Positions 17,879-27,512 of a stretch of 32,000 nucleotides of DNA are shown here, piece by piece. Made by a program: the position numbers and the translations under genes. The notes below the pieces were generated by a model. It was given only the letters and a program-made list of their open reading frames with translations. It searched no databases and was not told the origin of the DNA. The stretch comes from Ruminococcus albus 7 = DSM 20455 (GTDB taxonomy: Bacteria; Bacillota; Clostridia; Oscillospirales; Ruminococcaceae), in NCBI RefSeq assembly GCF_000179635.2, contig NC_014833.1, positions 2,010,001 to 2,042,000 on the forward strand, in the 5' to 3' direction. How positions within the stretch are numbered: the stretch's first letter is position 1; each line of letters starts with the position of its first letter.

Positions 17879-18775
17879 ATGAACAGAGATCTCTTTTCAG
17901 TAATAAAGGTAAAGCTTCCGACCCTTTCAAAAGGTCATAAGCTTATAGCTAATTACATACTCTCACAGTATGACAAGGCAGCTTTTATGACAGCTCAGAA
18001 ACTTGGTAAAACTGTGGGTGTCAGTGAATCAACTGTGGTGCGTTTTGCTTCAGAACTAGGATATGACGGCTATCCTGAACTTCAGAGACAGCTTCAGGAT
18101 CTTATGCGAAACAAGCTTACGGCTGTACAGCGTATCGAAGTCAGCTCTGAGCAGATGAACAGCGAAGATGTTCTTCAGCGTGTACTCAATCAGGATGTTG
18201 ACCGTATTCGTGCTACACTCAATGCGACCGATAAAAATGATTTCAATCGTGCTGTAGATCTGATAACTTCCGCAAATACAATATATATAATCGGTACGAG
18301 AAGTTCAGCTGCACTTGCTTATTTTCTGAACTACTATCTTAACCTGCTTTTCCCTCACGTCAAGCTGGTACCGAGTACTACGACATCCGAGCTTTTTGAA
18401 CGGATCATGCGCATTGACAAAAACGATGTTATGATCGGTATATCTTTCCCGAGATACTCTAATCAGACTGTTAAAGCGCTGAAGTATTCAAAGACCAACG
18501 GTGCCAAGGTAATAGCTCTAACCGATTCAACAAGTTCTCCTCTGACAGATTATGCTGATGCTTTGCTTCTAGCAAAGAGTGATATGGCTTCCTTTGCAGA
18601 TTCGTTGGTAGCTCCCCTGAGTCTAATCAACGCCCTTATAGCAGCTATATCTATCAGGAACGTTGATCTGGTCACTCAGACCTTCGGAAAACTTGAAAAG
18701 GTCTGGGAGGATTTTGACGTATATGCTAAAAACACTGAAAATGCGGAGCGAAATGATGACGGCGAAGAAGTATGA
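17879..18775 (+). CDS. MurR/RpiR family transcriptional regulator (HTH + SIS domain)
   Basis: HTH_6-like N-terminus (LSKGHKLIANYIL...AQKLGKTVGVSESTVVRFASELGYDGYPELQ) and a SIS domain (IYIIGTRSSAALA). ATG at 17879 lies 8 nt after GGAG. Confidence 0.88.
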   Translation: MNRDLFSVIKVKLPTLSKGHKLIANYILSQYDKAAFMTAQKLGKTVGVSESTVVRFASELGYDGYPELQRQLQDLMRNKLTAVQRIEVSSEQMNSEDVLQRVLNQDVDRIRATLNATDKNDFNRAVDLITSANTIYIIGTRSSAALAYFLNYYLNLLFPHVKLVPSTTTSELFERIMRIDKNDVMIGISFPRYSNQTVKALKYSKTNGAKVIALTDSTSSPLTDYADALLLAKSDMASFADSLVAPLSLINALIAAISIRNVDLVTQTFGKLEKVWEDFDVYAKNTENAERNDDGEEV

Positions 18776-20006
18776 TGCTGTGATAGTCGGCGGCGGTGCG
18801 GCAGGTCTGTTTTGCGGAGCACAACTTGGTCTGCTTGGTAAAAGTGCAGTAATAATTGAAAAGAATGAGAGATTTGGAAGAAAGCTGCGTATAACCGGCA
18901 AGGGACGCTGTAATGTTACTAATAATTGTGATATAGATACAGTGATGAAGAATATACCGAGGAACGGACGGTTTTTGTATTCTTCGCTAAGCCGTTTTAC
19001 TACAGAGGATGCTATGGCTTTTTTTGAGGGACTTGGTGTTCCTCTTAAAACCGAACGTGGAAACAGGGTGTTCCCTGTAAGTGACAGTGCACATGATATT
19101 GCTGATTCGCTTGTAAGGTGCTGTCTTGACTGCGGTACAGAACTTGTCAGCGGGGAAGTCACAGAGCTTATCATCAATGATGGATGTGCTGTCGGAGTAA
19201 GGTGCGGTGAAAAGGAATACCTTGGCGGCAGCATTATAATTGCATCCGGAGGACGTTCCTATCCCAAAACAGGTTCAGACGGTGCCGGGTATAAACTTGC
19301 GAAGTCCGTTGGTCACAGAATTACTCCGATACTTCCGTCGCTATGCCCTATAGTTTGTGAAGAAAACACCGAGTGTGCTGAAATGATGGGATTGAGTCTT
19401 AAAAATTGCACGCTTTCCTTGCGTGAGGATGACAAGTCAAAACCCTTATACGAAGAACTCGGAGAAATGCTTTTCACTCATTTCGGATTATCAGGTCCTT
19501 TGGTATTGTCTGCCAGTGCCCATATTCATGATATAGAAAAGCATACCTATCATATAGATATCGACCTTAAACCTGCGCTTTCCTTTGAACAGCTTGATGC
19601 ACGTATCCTCAGGGATTTTTCTGACTTTCCTAACCGCGAGTTCTGTAATTCTCTGGGAAAACTTCTCCCTGCAAAAATGATCCCTGTGATCGTCAGAAGA
19701 AGCGGTATTTCTTCTGAAAAGCGTGTTAATCAGATAACAAAGGCTGAACGAAGGATGCTAGCTGAGGTCATAAAAAAATTGTCGTTCAAAGTTAAACGGC
19801 TTCGTCCGATCGATGAAGCGATAATCACCCGCGGCGGTGTTGAACTCTCGGAGATAGATCCTAAGACTATGGAGTCTAAACTATGTAAAAACCTTTATTT
19901 TATCGGTGAAGTTCTCGACCTTGACGCTTACACAGGCGGTTTTAATTTACAGATCGCGTGGTCTACAGCTTATGCCTGTGCGCAGGCTGTAGAGTATATT
20001 GATTAG
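18756..20006 (+). CDS. NAD(P)/FAD-dependent oxidoreductase, BaiN / HI0933 (YhiN) family
   Basis: Dinucleotide fold YDAVIVGGGAAGL, then GRKLRITGKGRCNVTN, typical of the family. The start at 18753 or 18756 follows GGAG and overlaps the rpiR-like gene by about 20 nt. Confidence 0.85.
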   Translation: MTAKKYDAVIVGGGAAGLFCGAQLGLLGKSAVIIEKNERFGRKLRITGKGRCNVTNNCDIDTVMKNIPRNGRFLYSSLSRFTTEDAMAFFEGLGVPLKTERGNRVFPVSDSAHDIADSLVRCCLDCGTELVSGEVTELIINDGCAVGVRCGEKEYLGGSIIIASGGRSYPKTGSDGAGYKLAKSVGHRITPILPSLCPIVCEENTECAEMMGLSLKNCTLSLREDDKSKPLYEELGEMLFTHFGLSGPLVLSASAHIHDIEKHTYHIDIDLKPALSFEQLDARILRDFSDFPNREFCNSLGKLLPAKMIPVIVRRSGISSEKRVNQITKAERRMLAEVIKKLSFKVKRLRPIDEAIITRGGVELSEIDPKTMESKLCKNLYFIGEVLDLDAYTGGFNLQIAWSTAYACAQAVEYID

Positions 20007-20067
20007 TAAATATGGGTTTTGATGCTTTGATCGATAAGGCTTGATATTATTAAAAGGAGTTGTAAAA

Positions 20068-21429
20068 ATGGGAATAAATATCGCACTTGACGGACCTTCC
20101 GGTGCCGGAAAATCCACGATAGCAAAGGCCGTTGCGGCGAAAATGAAGTACGTATACGTTGACACAGGAGCAATGTACCGCGCTGTTGCCTGCTATATGG
20201 TGACAAGTGGCACCGATTTTGAAGATACATCCGCGATCATCAATAAACTGAATGATATATCTATCAAACTTGAATATATGGATGGGGCTCAGCATGTTAT
20301 CCTTAACGGAGAAGATGTATCGGATAAGATAAGAACACCTGAGATATCTATGGCTGCTTCCAAAACATCTGCTATACCTGAGGTCAGGACATTCTTGTTT
20401 GACCTTCAGCAGACTATGGCTAAAGAGAACGATATAATCATGGATGGAAGAGATATCGGCACTGTTGTACTTCCAAATGCTGACGTGAAGATCTTCCTTA
20501 CCGCCTCTGCTGAAGCCAGGGCACAGCGCAGATTTAAGGAACTTCAGGAAAAAGGAGATCCATCAACTTATGAGGAAGTCCTCCGTGATATAGAGCAGCG
20601 CGATTATAATGATACACACCGCGAAACAGCTCCTCTTAAAAAGGCTGATGATGCTGTAGAGGTAGATACTACAGCTCTTGATCTTCAGCAGTCTATCGAT
20701 GAGATATGCCGTGTGATAGCTGATAAGCTGTCTGAAAAAAAAAATAATGCTTCACTGACCGTAAAAAAAGAGCGTACTCCCAGAGTGCTTATGGAAGTAC
20801 ATCCGATATCTAAGACGAATAAAGTCAATCCATTGCGAGTGTTTGGGTATGGAATTCTGAGGTGGGTGACCATTGGTATATATCATATTTATTATGATAT
20901 CAAATGGGAGGGTGTCGAGAATGTTCCCAAGGACGGAGGAAATATATTCGCATCAAATCACCGCAGTTATCAGGACCCTGTATTTATTGCACTTCATGCC
21001 CGTGTACCTCTTTCATATATGGCGAAAGAAGAGCTTTTTCAGGGCAACAAGGCATTTAAGTGGCTGATATCAAAATTAGGTGCATTTCCGGTATCAAGAG
21101 GAAAGGGCGATACTGCAGCGATTGATACTTCTATCGAGAAATTGGAAAGCGGCAGAAATCTGGCTATCTTCCCCGAGGGCACCAGATCCAAGGACGGTAA
21201 AGTCGGTAAAGGAAAGACAGGTGTAGCACTTATCGCAGCTGTCGCTCAGACAAAGATAATCCCTGTTGGTATTACTTTCGAGGGCAAACTCAAATTCCGT
21301 AAGAAGGTCACTGTCCGATATGGCAAACCGATAATTCCATCCGAGATAGGTGCTGATAATACCGACAGTGGATCCTTAAAGGTTCTGAAAAATAGAGTTA
21401 TGGAAGATATTACAAGTCTGGTGCATTAA
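20068..21429 (+). CDS. cmk: Fusion protein: cytidylate kinase (N-terminal) / 1-acyl-sn-glycerol-3-phosphate acyltransferase (C-terminal)
   Basis: Cmk P-loop GPSGAGKST with the DTGAMYRA and GRDIGTVV motifs (aa 1 to about 225). PlsC HX4D motif NHRSYQDP and FPEGTRS (aa about 290-453). ATG at 20068 follows AAGGAG. The joint runs through an A10 run. Confidence 0.85.
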   Translation: MGINIALDGPSGAGKSTIAKAVAAKMKYVYVDTGAMYRAVACYMVTSGTDFEDTSAIINKLNDISIKLEYMDGAQHVILNGEDVSDKIRTPEISMAASKTSAIPEVRTFLFDLQQTMAKENDIIMDGRDIGTVVLPNADVKIFLTASAEARAQRRFKELQEKGDPSTYEEVLRDIEQRDYNDTHRETAPLKKADDAVEVDTTALDLQQSIDEICRVIADKLSEKKNNASLTVKKERTPRVLMEVHPISKTNKVNPLRVFGYGILRWVTIGIYHIYYDIKWEGVENVPKDGGNIFASNHRSYQDPVFIALHARVPLSYMAKEELFQGNKAFKWLISKLGAFPVSRGKGDTAAIDTSIEKLESGRNLAIFPEGTRSKDGKVGKGKTGVALIAAVAQTKIIPVGITFEGKLKFRKKVTVRYGKPIIPSEIGADNTDSGSLKVLKNRVMEDITSLVH

Positions 21430-23399
21430 TGATGTTAACTAAATGTAAAATTTCTGTTGCCAAAAGCGCAGGTTTCTGTTTTGGTGTAGACAGAGCGATA
21501 AAAATGGTGTATAATGAATTGGATAACCGAAATAATATTGTTACGTTAGGTCCGATCATTCATAACCAAAACGTTGTAGATGACCTTAAAGCCAGAGGGG
21601 TATATCCAGTTGAGCTTGATGAGGTCAGCGAGGGTCAGACTGTAGTGATACGTTCTCACGGAGTTGGCAGTGAAGTTTATAAAAAGCTTGATGAGCTTGG
21701 TGTGGATATTGTTGATGCTACCTGTCCTTTTGTAGCCAAAATACATAATATCGCCCGTGAAAAATCTTCTGACGGTCATGTGATCTTGATAGCAGGAGAT
21801 GCTTCTCATCCCGAAGTAAAGGGTATAATGGGTCATTGTCTGGGTGAATGTTATGTGTTTGAAAATTGTACGGAATTTGAAAATTTAGTGAAAAATCGAA
21901 ATTTTTCATCAAAAAAGGTTGCAATTTTGGCGCAAACGACGTATAATAAGAATATGTGGAAGGAATGTGTACCGTTTTTTGAAAAATATCTTCCTGGAGC
22001 GGAGATATGCGAAACTATCTGTAATGCCACAAATATCCGACAGAATGAAGCTGAAGAGCTTGCAAAGAAAGCGGATCTTATGGTCATAGCAGGCGGAAGA
22101 CACAGTTCAAATACACATAAACTTAAGGCGATATGCGAGCAGTACTGTAAATGTGTGCTTGTTGAGAATGCCGAAGATCTCAGGAATTGTGGTCTTGACC
22201 TGACCAAAGCAAAATTTATCGGGATCTCTGCCGGTGCTTCGACACCCGGCTATATTATAAAGGAGGTACAGGACACTATGAGTGAACTGCTGAACAATGT
22301 TGACAATACTGTTGACGAAGAATTTAATCTGGAGGCGATCGATAAGACCCTCAAAAAAATATATCCGGGAGCGAAGGTAGAAGGCACTGTCGAATCTGTG
22401 AACGATACCGAGGTCATTGTTGACATCGGAACCAAGCACACAGGCTACGTTGCACTTAGCGAACTTACAGATGACCCTGGCAAGAAGCCTGCGGATATAG
22501 TAAGCGTAGGCGATACTATCGAGCTGATCGTTATCAAGACAAGTGATACAGACGGTACTGTAATGCTCTCCAAGAAGAGAGTTGACGCTGATAAGAGCTT
22601 CCAGAAGATCAAGGATGCTGCTGAGAGCGGTGAGATACTTGAAGGTATCGTAACAAATGTTGTAAAGGGCGGCGTACTTGTTTCTGCTGACGGAGTTAAG
22701 GTATTCGTTCCTGCTTCTCAGGCTGCTCCCAGAAGAGATTTTGATCTCAACGATCTGCTGAAGCAGACTGTTAAGTTCAAGATCCTCGAAGTAAATGACG
22801 TTAAGCAGAGAGCTGTTGGCTCTGTAAGAGCTGTAGCAAGAGAAGAAAAGGCTGCTGCACAGTCCAAGTTCTTTGACACAGCTTCTGTTGGTGCTGAGAT
22901 GGAAGGCGTTGTTAAGTCTATCACAGACTACGGCGTATTCGTTGATCTGGGCGGTGTTGATGGTCTGGTAAGAAGAGCAGACCTGAGCTGGAACAGGATC
23001 AAGCATCCTTCCGATGTTGTATCTATCGGTGATAAGGTAACTGTTAAGATCAAGGATATTGATCCTGAAACAAAGAAGGTTTCTCTTACATACAAGAAGG
23101 ATTCCGAAAATCCTTGGGAGATCTTTGTTAATAACTATCAGGTAGGTCAGGACGTTAAGGCTACTATCGTATCTATCACATCATTCGGTGCTTTTGCACA
23201 GATCATTGATGGTATTGATGGTCTTATCCACATTTCTCAGATAGCTAATCAGAGAGTTAACAACGTTGCGGATATCCTTTCCGTTGGTGATGAAGTAGAT
23301 TGCCGCATCACTGAGATCGATGCTGATAAGAAGAGGATCAGCCTCTCCAGAAGAGCTCTTCTCGATGATGAGGAAGTTGAGGAGACCGACGCTGAATAA
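21429..23399 (+). CDS. ispH: Bifunctional 4-hydroxy-3-methylbut-2-enyl diphosphate reductase (IspH) / ribosomal protein S1
   Basis: IspH part has three cluster cysteines (GFCFGV, DATCPFV, TICNAT). Four S1 OB-fold repeats follow (GAKVEGTV..., GEILEGIV..., GAEMEGVV..., GQDVKATI...). The start overlaps the upstream stop (TAATG). Confidence 0.92.
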   Translation: MMLTKCKISVAKSAGFCFGVDRAIKMVYNELDNRNNIVTLGPIIHNQNVVDDLKARGVYPVELDEVSEGQTVVIRSHGVGSEVYKKLDELGVDIVDATCPFVAKIHNIAREKSSDGHVILIAGDASHPEVKGIMGHCLGECYVFENCTEFENLVKNRNFSSKKVAILAQTTYNKNMWKECVPFFEKYLPGAEICETICNATNIRQNEAEELAKKADLMVIAGGRHSSNTHKLKAICEQYCKCVLVENAEDLRNCGLDLTKAKFIGISAGASTPGYIIKEVQDTMSELLNNVDNTVDEEFNLEAIDKTLKKIYPGAKVEGTVESVNDTEVIVDIGTKHTGYVALSELTDDPGKKPADIVSVGDTIELIVIKTSDTDGTVMLSKKRVDADKSFQKIKDAAESGEILEGIVTNVVKGGVLVSADGVKVFVPASQAAPRRDFDLNDLLKQTVKFKILEVNDVKQRAVGSVRAVAREEKAAAQSKFFDTASVGAEMEGVVKSITDYGVFVDLGGVDGLVRRADLSWNRIKHPSDVVSIGDKVTVKIKDIDPETKKVSLTYKKDSENPWEIFVNNYQVGQDVKATIVSITSFGAFAQIIDGIDGLIHISQIANQRVNNVADILSVGDEVDCRITEIDADKKRISLSRRALLDDEEVEETDAE

Positions 23400-23413
23400 T
23401 CGGCTTTAATTTA

Positions 23414-23446
23414 ATGGGGACGGTCTGACGTCCCCATTATTTTTTG
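23414..23446 (+). terminator. Rho-independent terminator after ispH-rpsA
   Basis: Stem ATGGGGACG / CGTCCCCAT followed by TATTTTTT. Confidence 0.75.
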
Positions 23447-23552
23447 TTTAAATAATGAATGAACCGTTTTAAATTGCGCTATTATGCAAATGATATAAGT
23501 ATATTGTACGGTTTTTGTTAGTTTGCCGCACCATATTTTGTATGCAAGAGTC

Positions 23553-23581
23553 TTGCATTATTCTTTGCAATATGGTATAAT
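23553..23581 (+). promoter_or_regulatory. Putative sigma-A promoter of the PBP gene
   Basis: TTGCAT (23553-23558), 17 nt, TATAAT (23576-23581). Confidence 0.5.
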
Positions 23582-23640
23582 ATATAATGATATTTAATGT
23601 TTGCGGTAAACCGCAGTTAGTAACGGAAGGTCTAAATTTT

Positions 23641-25860
23641 ATGGAACAAAATATAAGAAAGAGAATAAAAAAGAGAAAAAGAGGCACTAATACTGCAGTT
23701 CGGATCTTAAAGATAATCGGCACACTTTTGCTTTCGATCATGCTGATATTGGTTATAACTGTTTCTATATTTGGTACTGTCATGACTATTTATGTCATGA
23801 ATTTTGCAGATACTACTACTGATATCACGCTTGAAAAAAATGTTGACAGTAATATAACCAGGTTTTTGTATGATAATCCCGATTATGATGAAGATACAGA
23901 TGATCCCATGGATCAGTATGTTCTGTATTATACTATGAGGGACACCAGCAAGCATTATATCTGGGTAGACCTTGAAGAGATCCCTCAGGTCGTTCAGGAT
24001 GCTTATGTGTATGTCGAAGACGAACGTTTCTATAGTCACGACGGTGTTGACTTCAAGAGTACATTATTCGCGTTTGTAAATGCTTTCTTACCGAATGGTG
24101 TATACAGAGGTGGTTCTACTATCACTCAGCAGACTGTTAAGAATTTGACCGGTGATGCTGCAGCACGCGGCGTACCGGGTATTGAAAGAAAGATACGTGA
24201 GATATTTCGTGCGATAAATGTTGAAAAGACTTACACCAAGGAGGATATCCTCGAGAGTTATCTTAATTTAGTTCCTTGCGGTAACTCTGAGAATGATATC
24301 ATTGGTGTTCAGGCAGCAGCTAATTTCTATTTCGGTAAGGATGTTTCTCAACTTAATCTTGCAGAAGCTGCTTGTCTTGCCGGAATGAACAATGCTCCTG
24401 CTGATAATAATCCTATGGATCATATCGAAAATAATAATGCCAGACGTAAGCATTGTCTTGATCGTATGCAGATAAATGGTGCGATATCGTCTCAGGAGTA
24501 TAATGAAGCTCTCAATTATAGACTTGAATTAGCTTGCAACTGGAATTATTCCAGTGAAACAATTTATGATGGTGAGCTTGATGAGCAGGGCATGACCGAC
24601 TGGTATCTTGATGCAGCCATAATCGAGGCTAGTGATGTTATCGCACGTGATAAAGGCATTAAGCAAAAAGAAGCTTTAGAGATGATATCTAAAGGTGGAT
24701 ACTCTGTATATACCAATGTAGATATAAATCTACAGCATAAGATCGAAAAGAAAATGCAGGACCAGAGCAACTTTACAACATGGTGGATGGATCCTGAGGA
24801 TGATACACTTTTATCTGCTTTTGTATGCATGGATTATCAAGGTAACATTAAAGCAATATGCAGTTCCCGTAAAGAGAAAACTGAAATGCTTGGATGGAAC
24901 CAGGTAATAAATGGTGAACGTTCTCCGGGTTCTTGTATAAAACCCATAGCTTCCTATGCTCCTGCACTGGATCAGGATCTTATCACTATGACATCTGCAT
25001 ATAACGATAAGCCGATCAAAAACGAGGGTAAGGACTGGCCTGTAAACTATTCAGAATTTGATGATACGCAGGGTAACTGGTCATATAAGAACTTTTACAC
25101 CTATCAGATGCTGCTCAAATCTCTTAATACTATGCCTGCGCAGTTGATAGAACAGCTTACTCCCGCGTACTCATATAATTTCCTTAAAACTAAGCTTGAT
25201 TTAACAACGCTTCGTGATAGTGATAATAGTCTTGCGCCGGTTACTGTAGGTGCATTCACTACTGGTGTTCATCTCGATGAGCTTGTTGGTTCGTATATGA
25301 TATTCGGTAATGGCGGCAAAAAGTATGATATCAACTATGTAAAAAGGATAGAGGATGCATCAGGAAAGGTAATATTTGAAAAGAATGATGGATATAAGCA
25401 GGCTATCTCAGACAGTACTGCATATATCATGAACCGTATGATGCAGTACGTTATCAATGACAAGGAAGGTACAGGTCGTTACGCTAAGCTTAGCAAGACT
25501 GACCTTGTCGGTAAGACTGGTACTTCGGAGAAATGGCGTGACCTTAATTTTGTAGGATGTACACCCGACTATGTTTCAGGTATTTGGGTAGGATATGATG
25601 AGAATATTGATGGTGTGCCTCGTTCTGTTTCATCAACTGATTATCAGAACATTGGTGCTATCTGGAAGAACATCTTTGGCGATACAGCTGATTCAGAACC
25701 TCATAAGAGCTTTGATGAAGAAGGCTGTTTCCCCATGCCTGATACAGTAGTTAAACTTAATTTCTGTACAAGTACGGGACTTATTGCAACTAACGGATGC
25801 GGCAGCCAGCAGGTTGGTTATTTCAAGGCATCGAATGTTCCCGGTTATTGTTACCATTAA
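23641..25860 (+). CDS. Class A penicillin-binding protein (transglycosylase/transpeptidase, PBP1A family)
   Basis: Basic N-terminus plus a TM anchor. GT51 motifs EDERFYSHDGVD, GGSTITQQ and RKIREI. Transpeptidase motifs SCIK (SxxK), SLN (SxN) and KTGTS. Confidence 0.9.
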   Translation: MEQNIRKRIKKRKRGTNTAVRILKIIGTLLLSIMLILVITVSIFGTVMTIYVMNFADTTTDITLEKNVDSNITRFLYDNPDYDEDTDDPMDQYVLYYTMRDTSKHYIWVDLEEIPQVVQDAYVYVEDERFYSHDGVDFKSTLFAFVNAFLPNGVYRGGSTITQQTVKNLTGDAAARGVPGIERKIREIFRAINVEKTYTKEDILESYLNLVPCGNSENDIIGVQAAANFYFGKDVSQLNLAEAACLAGMNNAPADNNPMDHIENNNARRKHCLDRMQINGAISSQEYNEALNYRLELACNWNYSSETIYDGELDEQGMTDWYLDAAIIEASDVIARDKGIKQKEALEMISKGGYSVYTNVDINLQHKIEKKMQDQSNFTTWWMDPEDDTLLSAFVCMDYQGNIKAICSSRKEKTEMLGWNQVINGERSPGSCIKPIASYAPALDQDLITMTSAYNDKPIKNEGKDWPVNYSEFDDTQGNWSYKNFYTYQMLLKSLNTMPAQLIEQLTPAYSYNFLKTKLDLTTLRDSDNSLAPVTVGAFTTGVHLDELVGSYMIFGNGGKKYDINYVKRIEDASGKVIFEKNDGYKQAISDSTAYIMNRMMQYVINDKEGTGRYAKLSKTDLVGKTGTSEKWRDLNFVGCTPDYVSGIWVGYDENIDGVPRSVSSTDYQNIGAIWKNIFGDTADSEPHKSFDEEGCFPMPDTVVKLNFCTSTGLIATNGCGSQQVGYFKASNVPGYCYH

Positions 25861-25941
25861 ATCACAACAGGAGAATGAAGCCTGGATTTTCCAAGGTTTC
25901 GTGTACTCTGTAAATTGTTACGGCGGACATTATTAATCCGT

Positions 25942-25975
25942 GACCTCCGTGCGTTGAGTGCGGAGGTCTTATTTT
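25942..25975 (+). terminator. Rho-independent terminator after the PBP gene
   Basis: Stem GACCTCCG / CGGAGGTC followed by TTATTTT. It lies inside the spurious N-terminal extension of the next track ORF. Confidence 0.75.
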
Positions 25976-25987
25976 GAAAGGTCAAAT

Positions 25988-27103
25988 ATGAATAATTTAA
26001 GACTATGTATCCCTTGTCATTTCGGACTTGAAAAAACACTGAAATTTGAAGTCGAAAGGATAGGGGGAACTGATATTACCGTCACAGACGGCAAAGTTAC
26101 ATTCAGCGGCGGTTACGATACTGTTGCTAGAGCTAATCTGTGGGTATCTACAGGCGAACGTGTGCTTATTGAACTGACATCTTTTACAGCACGCACTTTT
26201 GAAGAGCTTTTTCAGGGAGTTACAAAGCTTCCTCTGGAAGAATTCATCGGTAAATATGATGCTTTTCCTGTAAAGGGTCATTCCTTGGATTCTCAGCTGC
26301 ATTCAGTTCCGGATTGTCAGAAGATCATTAAAAAGGCTTGTGTCAAGCGGCTTGAAAAGGTTTATGGTATTTCCTATTTTGAAGAAACAGGCGCCAGGCA
26401 TCAGCTTCAGTTTTCACTTATGAAGGATGTATTTACACTTTACCTTGACACGACGGGTGAAGGTCTTCACAAACGCGGTTACCGTAGAAATTCCAATGCT
26501 GCACCTATCAAGGAAACTCTTGCTGCAGGTATTATAGATTTGGGAAGAGTTCGAGCTGATTCTATCGTATGTGATCCCATGTGCGGCTCAGGCACATTTC
26601 TTATAGAGTCTGCTTATAAGGCCCTTAAAGTTGCCCCGGGTATTCGTAGAAATTTTGCCGCCCAGAAATGGGAACAGATCCCCGATAAGGTATGGCAGAA
26701 TGCACGTTCGGAAGCTATGGATATGATAGACAAGCAGGGAAGTTTCAAGGCTTTTGGTTTTGATATCGATGATATCGCAGTCGAGCTTACAAGAGATAAC
26801 GCCAAAAAGGCTGGTGTGGGTTCAAAGCTTACCGTCAGGCAGCAGGATATCAGAAAATTTGTACAGCCTGAGCAGTGTATAACTTTCTGTAATCCTCCCT
26901 ATGGTGAAAGATTGCTGGAGATACGTGATGCAGAAGAACTTTACAAGCGTCTCGGTGAGAGATTACAACCTTCAAGGGAAAGACCTTGCTACATAATCTC
27001 GCCCCATGAGGAGTTTGAGAAATTCTTCGGTAAGAAGGCAGATAAGAAGCGTAAGCTTTACAATGGCATGATAAAATGCGACCTGTATATGTATTTTAAA
27101 TAG
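25988..27103 (+). CDS. THUMP domain-containing class I SAM-dependent RNA methyltransferase (RlmL/YpsC-like)
   Basis: N-terminal THUMP-like region, SAM motif I DPMCGSGTFLIE, and catalytic NPPYGERL. Confidence 0.85.
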   Translation: MNNLRLCIPCHFGLEKTLKFEVERIGGTDITVTDGKVTFSGGYDTVARANLWVSTGERVLIELTSFTARTFEELFQGVTKLPLEEFIGKYDAFPVKGHSLDSQLHSVPDCQKIIKKACVKRLEKVYGISYFEETGARHQLQFSLMKDVFTLYLDTTGEGLHKRGYRRNSNAAPIKETLAAGIIDLGRVRADSIVCDPMCGSGTFLIESAYKALKVAPGIRRNFAAQKWEQIPDKVWQNARSEAMDMIDKQGSFKAFGFDIDDIAVELTRDNAKKAGVGSKLTVRQQDIRKFVQPEQCITFCNPPYGERLLEIRDAEELYKRLGERLQPSRERPCYIISPHEEFEKFFGKKADKKRKLYNGMIKCDLYMYFK

Positions 27104-27134
27104 AATAAATTTTTTTATAAAGGAATATCATATC

Positions 27135-27506
27135 ATGGATATTGAAGAAGCTAAACTGATACTCAGCGATAATTTCAATGTCAAGGGTAATACCCTAATA
27201 GGTATCATGCATGAGTATTCGCGTTTTCCTAAAGTGGAATTCTGGCAGGCCTATGAGAGTATAGAATGTCTTGCGAAGAATAAGATCTTCAGCCGTGAAC
27301 TTGCTGAACAGGTAAGCTATTGCTACCACAACTTTCTGAAGGGATGTTTATATCATTTTGCCGGCGGCGATGAATACAGTCTTGATGATATGCCCGATAA
27401 CTTTGATGCTTATATAGAGCGTCTGGAGTATATCCAACTTTATTTTTTTCGTGGTTTTGATAAAGAATTGGATGATGATATGTTTGAATTGGAAAGATAT
27501 GGGTAA
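27135..27506 (+). CDS. Hypothetical acidic 123-aa protein
   Basis: AAGGAA SD and tight spacing with flanking genes. I recognise no motif. Confidence 0.6.
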   Translation: MDIEEAKLILSDNFNVKGNTLIGIMHEYSRFPKVEFWQAYESIECLAKNKIFSRELAEQVSYCYHNFLKGCLYHFAGGDEYSLDDMPDNFDAYIERLEYIQLYFFRGFDKELDDDMFELERYG

Positions 27507-27512
27507 GAAAAA

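Noticed and set aside
22107-23006. 299-aa ORF on the - strand, plus several shorter ones at 21546-22207 and 22250-22924
   Set aside because: All are antisense to the ispH-S1 fusion gene, whose motifs are unambiguous. None has a start-site signal.
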